Origin: an uncultured Gemmatimonadales bacterium
Lineage (GTDB): Bacteria > Gemmatimonadota > Gemmatimonadetes > Gemmatimonadales > GWC2-71-9
DNA: 64,000 nucleotides
Assembly (NCBI GenBank): GCA_963771275.1
Contig: CAVYSW010000010.1
Location: forward strand, 640,001 to 704,000
Reading direction: 5' to 3'
This document shows positions 1 through 9,131 of the stretch, piece after piece; position 1 is the first letter of the stretch, and every line of letters starts with the position of its first letter. A program made the position numbers and the translations under genes. The notes under the pieces are model-generated. The model was not told where the DNA came from. It saw only the letters and a list, made by a program, of their open reading frames with translations, and ran no database searches.

Positions 1-1106
1 CGGGTCGCGGAGGCACGCAGCACGTCGAACTCGAGGCCGCCGAGGAGGATGCGCTCACCGGGCTGCGGTATCCGTCCCACGGCCGTGGTCAGCAGGCCAC
101 CGACGCTCTGGGCGGCGCCGGGGAACGTGATCCCGAACCGCTCGGCGAGCTCTTCCGTCGGGATCGTCCCGTCGATCTCGATCAGCGCCCCGGTCGGCGA
201 CGTCGACGGGGCTTCACCCAGATCGGTCTCATCGAAGATCTCACCCACCAGCTCCTCCAACAGGTCTTCCAGGGTGACGATCCCCGCCGTGCCCCCGAAC
301 TCGTCGAGCACCACCGCCATCTGCCGGCGCTCCCGCTGCATCTCGAACAGCAGGTCGGCGCAGCGCCGTGACGCGGGGGTGACGAGCACCGGGCGGGTGG
401 GGAGCGGCTCTTCCGGCTTCACCTTGAGCGAATCGAACACGTACGCCATCCCCGCGATCTGATCGAGCGACTCGCGGTACACCGGGAGGCGGGAGTAGCC
501 CGATTCGGCGAACAGGGCGCCCGCCTCCCGGGCCGTGGCGCCGTCGGGGAGGGCGACGATCTGGGTGCGGGGCGTCATCGCCTCGCGCACCGGCCGCTCG
601 GTGAAGGCGATCACCCCCGCGATCACGGCGATCTCCTCCTCACGCTCCGCCCCCGCCCCGGCGGCGCGCGCCGGACCGGACCGCGGCTCACCAGCCGGGG
701 CCAGCGGTCGGACCAGGCGGGCAACCCGACTGAGCGACGGCGCCGCTGCGCGCATCATCGGCTCCGCCCAGCGGCGCCCGGCGGCGCGCGGCAGGAGGTG
801 CACTGCCACGACCAGCGCGGGAACGGCGCCGAGCAATACGGCCACCGCCGCTGGCAGTGGCAGCGGCGCCAGCACGGCCGCGAGCCCCAGCCCGGTCAGC
901 ACCACCCCGGCCGCGCTCAGCGCATTGGCCGGTCCCAGCACTCTCCCCGGCGTGGAGAGCAGCGTCGCCGCGAGCTCCGCGCCGTGCTGACGCTGCGAGA
1001 TCCAGCGGGACAGCTCCAGGCGACTCACCGCCGCCGCCCCGACCCCGAGGGCGGTGCCCACGGCGGCGATGGCCACGCCCAGCATGAGCACGAGCGTGCC
1101 GGTCAC
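1..1106 (-). CDS. CNNM/hemolysin-family (DUF21-CBS-CorC_HlyC) membrane protein, 3' end runs off the window
   Basis: Not in the ORF track because it has no stop inside the window. Manual translation from GTG 1106 (overlapping the TGA of the upstream gene) gives a hydrophobic N-terminus, then AMTPRTQIVAL, SGYSRLPVY and VLDEFGGTAGIVTLEDLLEELVGEI. Confidence 0.9.
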   Translation of the reverse strand, partial: MTGTLVLMLGVAIAAVGTALGVGAAAVSRLELSRWISQRQHGAELAATLLSTPGRVLGPANALSAAGVVLTGLGLAAVLAPLPLPAAVAVLLGAVPALVVAVHLLPRAAGRRWAEPMMRAAAPSLSRVARLVRPLAPAGEPRSGPARAAGAGAEREEEIAVIAGVIAFTERPVREAMTPRTQIVALPDGATAREAGALFAESGYSRLPVYRESLDQIAGMAYVFDSLKVKPEEPLPTRPVLVTPASRRCADLLFEMQRERRQMAVVLDEFGGTAGIVTLEDLLEELVGEIFDETDLGEAPSTSPTGALIEIDGTIPTEELAERFGITFPGAAQSVGGLLTTAVGRIPQPGERILLGGLEFDVLRASAT

Positions 1107-2332
1107 GTGTCACCCTCGCCCGCATCCGGACGACCGAGGCCGAACTCCACCACCGGCTGGGGCTCGATGCGCTCGAGGTAGACCCGCCGGATGCGCCGCC
1201 GCGCCACCTGCTCCACCACGACTCGGAATCCGTGCGCCTTGAGCTCCTCCCCGGCGCGCGGGACCCGGCCAAGCTCCGAGTAGATCAGGCCGCCCACGGT
1301 GCTCACTTCGTCGTGCTGGAGCGGCGCACCGACCGCGGCGGACAGATCGTCGAGCGTGACCCGGCCGTCGACCCAGAATCGGTCGTTGCCTTCGCGCTCG
1401 ATCGCGGGTTCCTCGTCAGTGTCGTACTCGTCCCGGATCTCGCCGACGATCTCCTCGAGCACGTCCTCGAGGGTGACCAGGCCGGACGTGCCGCCGAATT
1501 CGTCCACCACGACAGCCAAGTGCGCCGCGCCGCGCTGGAAGTCGCGCAGCTGGGCGGCGAGGGTCTTCGCCTCCGGCACGAACGGCACCGGGCGCACCAG
1601 CTCGTGCCACGATGCGGGGGGTGCCGAGTGACCGGCCAACACCGGGGCAATGTCCTTGGCGTAGAGGATGCCCGCGATGTCGTCCAGGCTGTGGCGATAC
1701 ACCGGGATGCGGGAGTGCTCGCTCTGGCGCACCACGTCCACGACTTCCTGCCACGACGCCTCGGCCTCGGCGCCCACGATGTCGAGCCGCGGGGTCATGA
1801 TGTCCTCGACCGTGCTGTCCTCGAGCGAGAACACGCCCACCAGCATCTCGCGCTGCGCCGCGCCCAGCACACTGCTCCGGGGACGGGTTGACGGCACGAG
1901 GCGATGACCGAGGCGGTCTGCCACCGCCATGATGCCGAACAGCGGCTTGAACGGCGTGAGGCTGGCGCGGGCCGGGGGAACGAACAGGGCGGCCAGGTGG
2001 GGAGCCAGCGCCCCGAAGCCCCGCGGCAGCCCCTCCCCGATCGTCAGGGCGAGCCCACCGACGATCAGGAGTGTCGTGGCGCCGTCGAGCGGCGCGCGCT
2101 GCCACCATGCCGCCGCTGTGCCGACCGCCGTGGTGGCCACCAGCAGCAGCGTGACCCGCGCGATGCGGAGGGCACGCGCCAGCGGCAGCGGACTGCCTGC
2201 CGGCGCCGGAGGGTCGCCCAGGGCCGAGACGCCGCCGAGGGCCTCCTCGGCAAGCGCGAGCAGGGCCGCCCAGAGCGCGCCGACCAGCCCGGCGGCCGCG
2301 GCGGTCGCGGCTTCGAGTCCGGGTCCGGTCAC
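1103..2332 (-). CDS. CNNM/hemolysin-family (TlyC/CorC-like) CBS-domain protein
   Basis: IMTPRLDI, HSRIPVY, VVDEFGGTSGLVTLEDVLEEIVGEIRDEYD and a CorC_HlyC tail. Start placed at GTG 2332 (GTGA overlap with the ybeY stop). Confidence 0.92.
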   Translation of the reverse strand: MTGPGLEAATAAAAGLVGALWAALLALAEEALGGVSALGDPPAPAGSPLPLARALRIARVTLLLVATTAVGTAAAWWQRAPLDGATTLLIVGGLALTIGEGLPRGFGALAPHLAALFVPPARASLTPFKPLFGIMAVADRLGHRLVPSTRPRSSVLGAAQREMLVGVFSLEDSTVEDIMTPRLDIVGAEAEASWQEVVDVVRQSEHSRIPVYRHSLDDIAGILYAKDIAPVLAGHSAPPASWHELVRPVPFVPEAKTLAAQLRDFQRGAAHLAVVVDEFGGTSGLVTLEDVLEEIVGEIRDEYDTDEEPAIEREGNDRFWVDGRVTLDDLSAAVGAPLQHDEVSTVGGLIYSELGRVPRAGEELKAHGFRVVVEQVARRRIRRVYLERIEPQPVVEFGLGRPDAGEGDT

Positions 2333-2784
2333 CGCTTGCTCCGGGTCAGGCGTTGCACGTAGCGCTCCTGCCGTCGCCACATCACCGAGGCCGCGCGGCC
2401 GGGGCCCGACGGGTGATCCTGGCCGAGCGCGTGCAGCGTGCCATGGACCACCAGCCGCAGCAACTCCTCGCGCGCCGGCACCCCGAACCGGGCGGCCGAC
2501 CCCGCGGCCACGGAGGGACAGATGCAGATGTCGCCCACCAGCATGCCGCCGTGCCGCATCGCGAAGGTGATCACATCGGTCGCGCGGTCGCGGCCCAGGC
2601 TGCGCCGGTTGAGGGCGCGCATCTGCTGCCCCGTCAGAAACGTCACCGTGAGGGCGGCGGAGCCGGATCGCTCGCCGGCGAGCACGAGCGCCACCGCCCG
2701 GCGCGCAGCTGCCGCGGTGATGCGGCCGACGCGGTCGGCAGCCGCCACGCGCACCTCATGCTTCGGGGGACGTCCACTCGGCAT
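2329..2784 (-). CDS. ybeY: rRNA maturation endoribonuclease YbeY
   Basis: TDVITF, GDICIC and the HGTLHALGQDH (H3xH5xH) motif; next to phoH. Confidence 0.95.
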   Translation of the reverse strand: MPSGRPPKHEVRVAAADRVGRITAAAARRAVALVLAGERSGSAALTVTFLTGQQMRALNRRSLGRDRATDVITFAMRHGGMLVGDICICPSVAAGSAARFGVPAREELLRLVVHGTLHALGQDHPSGPGRAASVMWRRQERYVQRLTRSKR

Positions 2785-4951
2785 TGATGCCGCCCATGGA
2801 GCTCGGGTAGTCGATGCGATTGTGATACATGCCCGTCAGCACGTGCACGAACTCCTGCTTCACCCGGTCGAGCTGGGCAAGCGTGAGCGGCGCGTCGTCG
2901 AGCTGCCCCGCCTCGATGCGCTGCTGCACGAGATGGTCGATGGCATCCCGCACCTTCTCCGGGGTCGGCTCGTCGAGCACCCGGAGCGCCGCCTCGACGC
3001 CGTCCGCCAGCATGGCGACGGCCGTCTCGACGGAGCGCGGGCGCGGGCCCGGGTACCGGAACATCTCGCCGGCGGTCCCGTTCAGGCCCTGCGCGCGGGC
3101 GCGTTCCAGAAAGTAGGTGATCTCCGCGGTTCCGTGATGCTCCGGGATGAACGCCTTCACCACCTCCGGCAGCCGCGCCCCGTCCGCCAGGGCCGCGCCG
3201 TCCTTCACGTGGCTCCGGATGATCTGCGCGGAGACGTCCGGCCGCAGCTTGTCGTGCGGGTTGGACCCGGGCGTCTGGTTTTCCGCGAAGAATTGGGGTT
3301 TCTGGACCTTGCCGACGTCGTGGTAATAGCAGCCGACGCGCGCCAGCAGCCCGTCGGCCCCGATGGCGTTGCACGCCGCCTCGCAGAGGTTCGCCATCGC
3401 GATACTGTGGGCGTACGTTCCCGGTGCTTCGATCGCGAGCCGACGCAGGAGCGGGCGCGTCGGATCGGACAGCTCGAGCAGCGTGAGGTCCGTGGTGATC
3501 CGCCCGATCCACTCGAACAACGGCAGCGCGATGCCCACCAGGGCCGCCGACACGACGGCGTTCACCACTCCGCGCACCGCCGTGAGCCCCATCTCGCGGA
3601 CCGGCCAGCCGAGCTGCAGACCCACCGTGATCGCGGACACCGCGAACGCGGCGGAGATGATCACCATCGTGGAGATGAGGTGTGCGCGCCGCCGGACGAC
3701 CCGGATGCCGATGGCCGCCGCGATGCCCCCAATCAGCGCGAGATAGAGTGCGCCGGCCCCCCCATAGACCGGCTGCGACGCGACAAGCACCGCCAGGACC
3801 GCCGCCCCGACCATCGCCACGCGACCGCTGAACAACACGGTCATCAGCATGGCCGCGAATGGGATCGGAATCAGCTCCGGCTCCTGGCCCAGGAACCGGA
3901 AGTTGAGCGCCGCGCCCACGATGACTACGGCAAACAGGGTCGCGAACACGAGCACGTGCCGCAGATTGCCGTACGACTCGCGGCGGTACAAGAGCAGCAG
4001 CAGCCAGAAGATGGCGAGGAGCATCGCGTTGTTGAGAATCTGACCGGCCGTGGAGGCCACGCTCCGCTCGGTGCCGCCGCGCCGGACGATCTCGGCCCGC
4101 AGGGCCGTGAGCCGGTCGTGCGCCTCGGGGGTGACCAGCGCGTGCTCCCCCACGATCAATTCGTTCTGGCGGACACGGTCCTTGATCGGATCGACGCTCC
4201 CGCGCAGCTCCGTGCGCTGTTCCTCGGTCTCCGCGGTGTTGGGGACGAGGGTGGGGCGGAAGGTGGCGTTCAGCAGCTTGACGAAGATCGGATCTGCGCC
4301 GGCCACGCGGGGGCTCGGATCGTAGTCCCGCCGGCGCTCGAGGAACTGCTGGTAGCCGAGGACCGCGTCGCGCGGGGTCACGTGCTCGGTGCCTTCGCGC
4401 CGCAGCACGATTTCGCTGGCGGTCTCTCCCTGCATCTGCCCGGTGGCCGTGACGCCCCGCGACAGCTCGCGGCGCAGCATCTGGTCCACCGCGCGGCGGT
4501 AGGCGGCGCGCCGTCCATCGCCCGCCAGGAAGTCGGCCTCGTCGAACGCCAGCCGCACCCCGTGCGCTTGCGCCGAGTCGGCCAGGGCGGCGGCGCCGGA
4601 GGCGGAGTCGAGTGCACCGAACAGAATTGCCGCCGCGGTCAGCGCCGAATCCAGCGCCTGGCGCCGGTAGTCGTAGATCGGCCGGACCGTGGCCGCCAGG
4701 GCGTCGGCTTCCCGCGCCAGCTGCGCGGGCCCCTTCGGCACCACGAAGTCGAACGGGGCCACGACGTCGCGCGGAGAGACTTCGCCCGACTCGAGAGGCG
4801 GCGCGTCGAACCGCCCGGCCACGGGGTACAGCAGGAACGTCAGCAGGGCGAGACCCAGCACGGGCAGCCAGCGCACGGCGTGGTAGCGGAACTGCCGCGG
4901 CAGCTCCTGCGGCGCGTCGAGGGGCACGACCACGCTGCGACGCTCGCTCAT
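2756..4951 (-). CDS. 7TM-HD (HDIG) phosphohydrolase, PgpH-like
   Basis: Extracellular region, several TM helices, then LLELSD..PLLRRL..EAPGTYAHS, YYHDVGK, EHHGT, YPGPRP and MLADGVEAA. Confidence 0.9.
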   Translation of the reverse strand: MSERRSVVVPLDAPQELPRQFRYHAVRWLPVLGLALLTFLLYPVAGRFDAPPLESGEVSPRDVVAPFDFVVPKGPAQLAREADALAATVRPIYDYRRQALDSALTAAAILFGALDSASGAAALADSAQAHGVRLAFDEADFLAGDGRRAAYRRAVDQMLRRELSRGVTATGQMQGETASEIVLRREGTEHVTPRDAVLGYQQFLERRRDYDPSPRVAGADPIFVKLLNATFRPTLVPNTAETEEQRTELRGSVDPIKDRVRQNELIVGEHALVTPEAHDRLTALRAEIVRRGGTERSVASTAGQILNNAMLLAIFWLLLLLYRRESYGNLRHVLVFATLFAVVIVGAALNFRFLGQEPELIPIPFAAMLMTVLFSGRVAMVGAAVLAVLVASQPVYGGAGALYLALIGGIAAAIGIRVVRRRAHLISTMVIISAAFAVSAITVGLQLGWPVREMGLTAVRGVVNAVVSAALVGIALPLFEWIGRITTDLTLLELSDPTRPLLRRLAIEAPGTYAHSIAMANLCEAACNAIGADGLLARVGCYYHDVGKVQKPQFFAENQTPGSNPHDKLRPDVSAQIIRSHVKDGAALADGARLPEVVKAFIPEHHGTAEITYFLERARAQGLNGTAGEMFRYPGPRPRSVETAVAMLADGVEAALRVLDEPTPEKVRDAIDHLVQQRIEAGQLDDAPLTLAQLDRVKQEFVHVLTGMYHNRIDYPSSMGGINAEWTSPEA

Positions 4952-5892
4952 CCCGACTGATCCTCCGAGTAGGCGCGAATGATGTCCCGTACCAGGCGGT
5001 GACGCACGACGTCCTGCTCGGTCAGGTAGCAGAACGCGACACCGTCGATGCCGGGCAGGATACGCTCGACCTGGACGAGGCCCGATTCGTCACGCGTGGG
5101 GAGGTCGATCTGGGTCTTGTCCCCGATCACCACGGCTCGCGAGTTCAGCCCGAGCCGCGTCAGGAACATCTTCATCTGGCCGCCGGTGACGTTCTGCGCC
5201 TCGTCGAGAATCACGAACGCGTCGGACAGCGTCCGCCCCCGCATGTAGGCGAGCGGGGCGATCTCGATCGTGCGCGTCTCGAGCGCTTTCTGCATGCGGT
5301 CGGGCGGCATCAGCTCCTCCAGCGCGTCGTACAACGGGCGGAGGTAGGGATCCACCTTGGCCTGCAGGTCGCCGGGCAGGAACCCGAGCCGCTCCCCCGC
5401 CTCGACGGCGGGCCGCGCCAGCACGAGGCGGCGGACCAGTTTGCGGCTGAGAAACTCCACGCCGAGCGCCACCGCCAGATACGTCTTCCCGGTCCCGGCC
5501 GGCCCGATCCCGATCACGATATCGTACTCGCGGATCGCCGTGACGTACTCCCGCTGCCCTGGGGTGCGCGGCTGCACCGCGCGCCGGATGCCGGGAAGCA
5601 CGATGCGGAGCTCGCCGTTGGCCCGCTCCACGGCCGCGGGGCCGTCCCCGGCGAGCCGCCGTACCTCATCCACCGTGACGTCCCCGGCCCGGGCGAGGTC
5701 CACCAGCGCGGTCACGAGCCGCGTGGCCCGCTCCACTCCGTCGAGGTCCCCCGCCAGCACCACCTGGTCCCCGCGCAGGGCGATACGGGTCCCGGTCGCG
5801 CGCGCCAGCTCCACGAGGTGGGCGTCGTTGACGCCGGCGAGGGCGAGTGGATCGGCCCCTTCGGCCGATACCCGGTGGGTAACCTCGCTCAT
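4948..5892 (-). CDS. phoH: PhoH-family ATPase (YbeZ-like)
   Basis: GPAGTGKT, RPAVEAGERLGFLPGD, APLAYMRGRT, DEAQN, GDKTQIDLP. The true start is ATG 5892, inside the longer ORF 4948..7299. Confidence 0.95.
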   Translation of the reverse strand: MSEVTHRVSAEGADPLALAGVNDAHLVELARATGTRIALRGDQVVLAGDLDGVERATRLVTALVDLARAGDVTVDEVRRLAGDGPAAVERANGELRIVLPGIRRAVQPRTPGQREYVTAIREYDIVIGIGPAGTGKTYLAVALGVEFLSRKLVRRLVLARPAVEAGERLGFLPGDLQAKVDPYLRPLYDALEELMPPDRMQKALETRTIEIAPLAYMRGRTLSDAFVILDEAQNVTGGQMKMFLTRLGLNSRAVVIGDKTQIDLPTRDESGLVQVERILPGIDGVAFCYLTEQDVVRHRLVRDIIRAYSEDQSG

Positions 5893-7664
5893 GCGCCGAT
5901 CTTGAGATGCAGGGCCGCCAGCTCCGCCGGGCTCACGGCCGTGGGAGCGTCCTCGAACAGCGCCCGCGCCGCCGTCGTCTTCGGAAAGGCGATCACGTCG
6001 CGCAGGCTCTCCGCGCCCGCCAGCAGCATCGCAACGCGGTCGAAGCCGATCGCAAATCCCCCGTGCGGCGGGGCGCCACAGGCGAGCGCATCCAGCAGGA
6101 AGCCGAACCGGTGGCGAGCCTCGTCGGGGCCGATGCCGAGCACCTCCAGCACTTTGAGCTGCACCGCCGGATCGGTGATGCGGATCGAGCCGCTGCCCAG
6201 CTCGTTCCCGTTGTAGACGACGTCGTAGTGCAGCGCCCGGACGCCGTCGGTGGCGCCGGCGAGGAAGCGCTCCCGGTCGTCGGGGTGGGGCGAGGTGAAT
6301 GGATGGTGGGCGAATACCAGGGCCCCGATGGCGCGATCGCGCTCGAACAACGGGAAGCCCTCGACCCAGAGGAAGGCATGCTGGCGCGCGGGCGCGGGTG
6401 CCAGTCGGCGGATCAGCCCCTGGCGCACCCGATCGAGCGCCGGCCCGGTTGCCGCGTCGGGGCCGGCCGCGACGAGCAGCAGATCGCCGTCCTGAAGCCG
6501 ATACGACTCGGCTGAGGCCCCGGCGAGCTTCGCCAACGGTCCGGACAGCTGATCTCCCTGGCGCTTCACGGTCGCGAGCCCCCCCGCGCCACCCTGCTTC
6601 GCCTGCGCCGCGAGCTCGTCGACATCCTTGCGGGACAGCATGGCGCCGCCCGGCACCCGAATCCCGCGAACCCGCCCGCCGCCGTCCAGGGCACCCTCGA
6701 ACGCGGCGAATCCGCGGCGGCCCAGCATCGTCGAGAGGTCGGCGATCTCGAAGCCGTACCGCAGATCCGGCTTGTCGGTTCCGAAGCGCTCGAGGGCGTC
6801 CCGGTGTGACAGCCGCAGGAACGGGCGCCCAACGGGCTGGTCGGCCTCCGTCCACAGCGCCGCAAGCACGGCCTCCACGGCAGCGTAGACGTCCTCGGGG
6901 CCGGCAAACGACAGCTCGAGGTCGATCTGCGTGAACTCCGGCTGCCGATCCGCCCGGAGATCCTCGTCCCGGAAGCACCGGGCGATCTGGAAGTACCGGT
7001 CGAAGCCGGACACCATCAGCAGCTGCTTGTAGAGCTGTGGCGACTGCGGCAGCGCGTAGAACTGGCCGGGGTGCACGCTCGACGGCACCAGGTAGTCGCG
7101 CGCGCCTTCCGGAGTCGGCTTCGTCAGGATCGGCGTTTCGATCTCGAGGAACCCGAGATCGGAGAGCGTCCGGCGTGCGGTCTGCAGCAGCTGGTGGCGC
7201 AGCCGCAGATTGCGCTGCATCTCCGGACGTCGCAGATCGAGGAACCGGTGCTGGAGGCGCAGCTCCTCGGCCGGGGGCGCTTCGCCCTTGGTGCGCCATA
7301 CCGGGATCGGCAGGGAGGCCGGAGCTGGTCCCACCACCTGAAGGCGATCGGCGCGCACCTCGACGTCTCCGGTGGGTCGATCGGGATTGCGCTGGTCGTC
7401 GGGCCGTGCGGCGACGACGCCCTCCACCAGCACCACCGACTCCGCGGTGAGCTGGCTCAGGCGGGCCAGCACCTCGGGCGGCGTCCAGTCCGGGCCGAGT
7501 GCCACCTGCAACAGCCCGTCCCGGTCCCGCAGGTCGAGAAAGACGAGCCCGCCGAGGTCACGCCGCCGATGGACCCACCCGCCCAGGCGGACGCGCTGCC
7601 CGACGTGCTCATGGCGCAGCTCGCCGCAACGATGAGTACGCATGGTGGTCTCGGTCATGGACAT
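5889..7664 (-). CDS. aspS: aspartate--tRNA ligase
   Basis: MRTHRCG, RRDLGG, TPEGARDYLVP, LPQSPQLYKQLLM, FRDEDLRADRQPEFTQ, GAPPHGG. Confidence 0.98.
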   Translation of the reverse strand: MSMTETTMRTHRCGELRHEHVGQRVRLGGWVHRRRDLGGLVFLDLRDRDGLLQVALGPDWTPPEVLARLSQLTAESVVLVEGVVAARPDDQRNPDRPTGDVEVRADRLQVVGPAPASLPIPVWRTKGEAPPAEELRLQHRFLDLRRPEMQRNLRLRHQLLQTARRTLSDLGFLEIETPILTKPTPEGARDYLVPSSVHPGQFYALPQSPQLYKQLLMVSGFDRYFQIARCFRDEDLRADRQPEFTQIDLELSFAGPEDVYAAVEAVLAALWTEADQPVGRPFLRLSHRDALERFGTDKPDLRYGFEIADLSTMLGRRGFAAFEGALDGGGRVRGIRVPGGAMLSRKDVDELAAQAKQGGAGGLATVKRQGDQLSGPLAKLAGASAESYRLQDGDLLLVAAGPDAATGPALDRVRQGLIRRLAPAPARQHAFLWVEGFPLFERDRAIGALVFAHHPFTSPHPDDRERFLAGATDGVRALHYDVVYNGNELGSGSIRITDPAVQLKVLEVLGIGPDEARHRFGFLLDALACGAPPHGGFAIGFDRVAMLLAGAESLRDVIAFPKTTAARALFEDAPTAVSPAELAALHLKIGA

Positions 7665-7671
7665 GCCGCTC

Positions 7672-8127
7672 TCACCGGCCCTCCGCCTCCCGCAGATGTC
7701 GATGGAATTCCTCCCGGGTGCGACTCTGCAGCAGACGATCCCGCAGCTGCGGCTGGCGCACCAGTCGGGTGATGCGGCTCAGGGCGCGCACGTGCAGCCC
7801 AGCTTCGCTCTCGGGTCCGACGAGCAGGAAGAACAGCCGCACCGGCTCGCCGTCGAGCGCCCCATAGCTCACCGGTTCCGCCGTGAGCCCGGCCGAGGCG
7901 CACAGCGCGCGGAGCCTGGCCGACCTCCCATGGGGAATCGCGACGCCGTAACCGATGCCCGTGGAAAGCACGGCCTCCCGCTCCCGCACGACCTCGAGCA
8001 ACTCCTCCACGTCGGGACCGGGCCCGCCCGCCGCGACCTCCACCAACTCCCGAAGCACCGCCGGTTTGTCGGCGGCGAGGATGGGGACCCGGATGTGCTG
8101 GGGGGTCAACAGCTGCGAGAGCAACAC
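7672..8127 (-). CDS. PTS EIIA (PtsN/fructose-mannitol type) domain protein
   Basis: RE..LSTGIGYGVAIPHG phospho-His motif and LDGEPVRLFFLL. Start placed at GTG 8127. Confidence 0.9.
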   Translation of the reverse strand: MLLSQLLTPQHIRVPILAADKPAVLRELVEVAAGGPGPDVEELLEVVREREAVLSTGIGYGVAIPHGRSARLRALCASAGLTAEPVSYGALDGEPVRLFFLLVGPESEAGLHVRALSRITRLVRQPQLRDRLLQSRTREEFHRHLREAEGR

Positions 8128-8159
8128 GGCGGGCGCCGTCCAAGTCCATGCATCGCTGC

Positions 8160-8188
8160 AACATAATGGCCGTTCAGGGGGGCAGCAA
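8160..8188 (-). promoter_or_regulatory. putative sigma70 promoter for the EIIA-aspS operon
   Basis: Minus strand TTGCTG(8188-8183)-N17-TATGTT(8165-8160). Confidence 0.5.
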
Positions 8189-8196
8189 GCGCCGCC

Positions 8197-8225
8197 TTGA
8201 CACCCCGCCCCGCTATCCCCAACCT
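8197..8225 (+). promoter_or_regulatory. putative sigma70 promoter for the barrel-rlmN genes
   Basis: TTGACA(8197-8202)-N17-CAACCT(8220-8225), 6 nt before GTG 8232. Confidence 0.5.
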
Positions 8226-8231
8226 TCGGCC

Positions 8232-9131
8232 GTGAAACGGCTTGGGTGGGCCATCCTGGGTGCACAGCTCGCCGCCGGGCCGCTCGCCGCGCAGGCCCCG
8301 GATTTGGCGCTCCTCTGGCGGGTCAACGGCGGCGTCCTGACGACCCCGGCTCCGTTGCAGCCGGGGCCGATCGGCCTGTTCTGGAACCCGGCCGCCGTAC
8401 ACAGCGTGCCGGGCCTCGCGCTCGGGCTTGAGGTAATCCACACGCCCGACGTAGTCAGCATGAGCTCACTGCTGGCCGGCGTGACGTATCAGGTGGGAAG
8501 CCACCTGGGCGTTGGCATGTCTGCCGGCCGGGTTTCCGTCAGCGACTTGGTGCGCACGTCCACGTCCCCCGGCAGCGAAGAGGGAAACATCCCCGTATAC
8601 GCTCAGTTCGTCGGGGTCGCGGCAGGGACCGCCGTGGGACCGGTGGCGGTCGGTGCCGAGCTGCGCCTGCATGACGTCCGGCTGGATACCGACAACGCCC
8701 ACGGGCTCACGGCGGATGTCGGGTTGCATCTCCGCCCGCTCGCGGGCCTCACGCTCGCCGCCGCATCGCAGTTCGCTACGCTGGACTTGGCGGGCGGGGC
8801 CACCGCCGCCTACTCGGCGGCGGCCGAGTATCGCGTGGGGGCGGGCCGCGCCCTTGGCGGCAGGGCGGCGGTGCTCGGCCGCTACGGGATCGAGCTGCGG
8901 GGCAACGGTGATGTCGAGCATTTCCTGAGCGCCGGCCTCGCACTGGGCGACCGTCTGCGCGTCGACGTGGCGATGCAGCGGGCGGACGGCTACGGGACCG
9001 GTGCGTGGCTCCCCGCGGTGGGTGTGGAGTTCAGAGCCGGCCGATACCTCGTGGGCGTGGCGCGAGGCAGCGGCGTCAACGGGATCGGTGCCACGTACCG
9101 GATCGGCCTCAACGCGGGCGTGCTTCCCTGA
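8232..9131 (+). CDS. exported outer-membrane beta-barrel protein, PorV/PorQ/FadL-like
   Basis: Signal peptide (KRLGWAILGAQLAAGPLAA-Q), FWNPAA motif near the N-terminus, alternating beta-strand pattern, C-terminal YRIGLN. Confidence 0.65.
   Translation: MKRLGWAILGAQLAAGPLAAQAPDLALLWRVNGGVLTTPAPLQPGPIGLFWNPAAVHSVPGLALGLEVIHTPDVVSMSSLLAGVTYQVGSHLGVGMSAGRVSVSDLVRTSTSPGSEEGNIPVYAQFVGVAAGTAVGPVAVGAELRLHDVRLDTDNAHGLTADVGLHLRPLAGLTLAAASQFATLDLAGGATAAYSAAAEYRVGAGRALGGRAAVLGRYGIELRGNGDVEHFLSAGLALGDRLRVDVAMQRADGYGTGAWLPAVGVEFRAGRYLVGVARGSGVNGIGATYRIGLNAGVLP

Noticed and set aside
2438..4960. 840-aa plus-strand ORF, and similar long antisense ORFs such as 30449..32998, 38317..40617, 49097..50929 and 52277..54127
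   Set aside because: They mirror well-supported genes on the opposite strand. Stop-poor antisense frames are expected at this GC content, and they contain no recognisable motifs.
4948..7299. Apparent 783-aa PhoH with a long N-terminal extension
   Set aside because: The extension is an alternative frame of aspS (Arg/Gly/Pro-rich). ATG 5892 in an ATGA overlap is the natural start.
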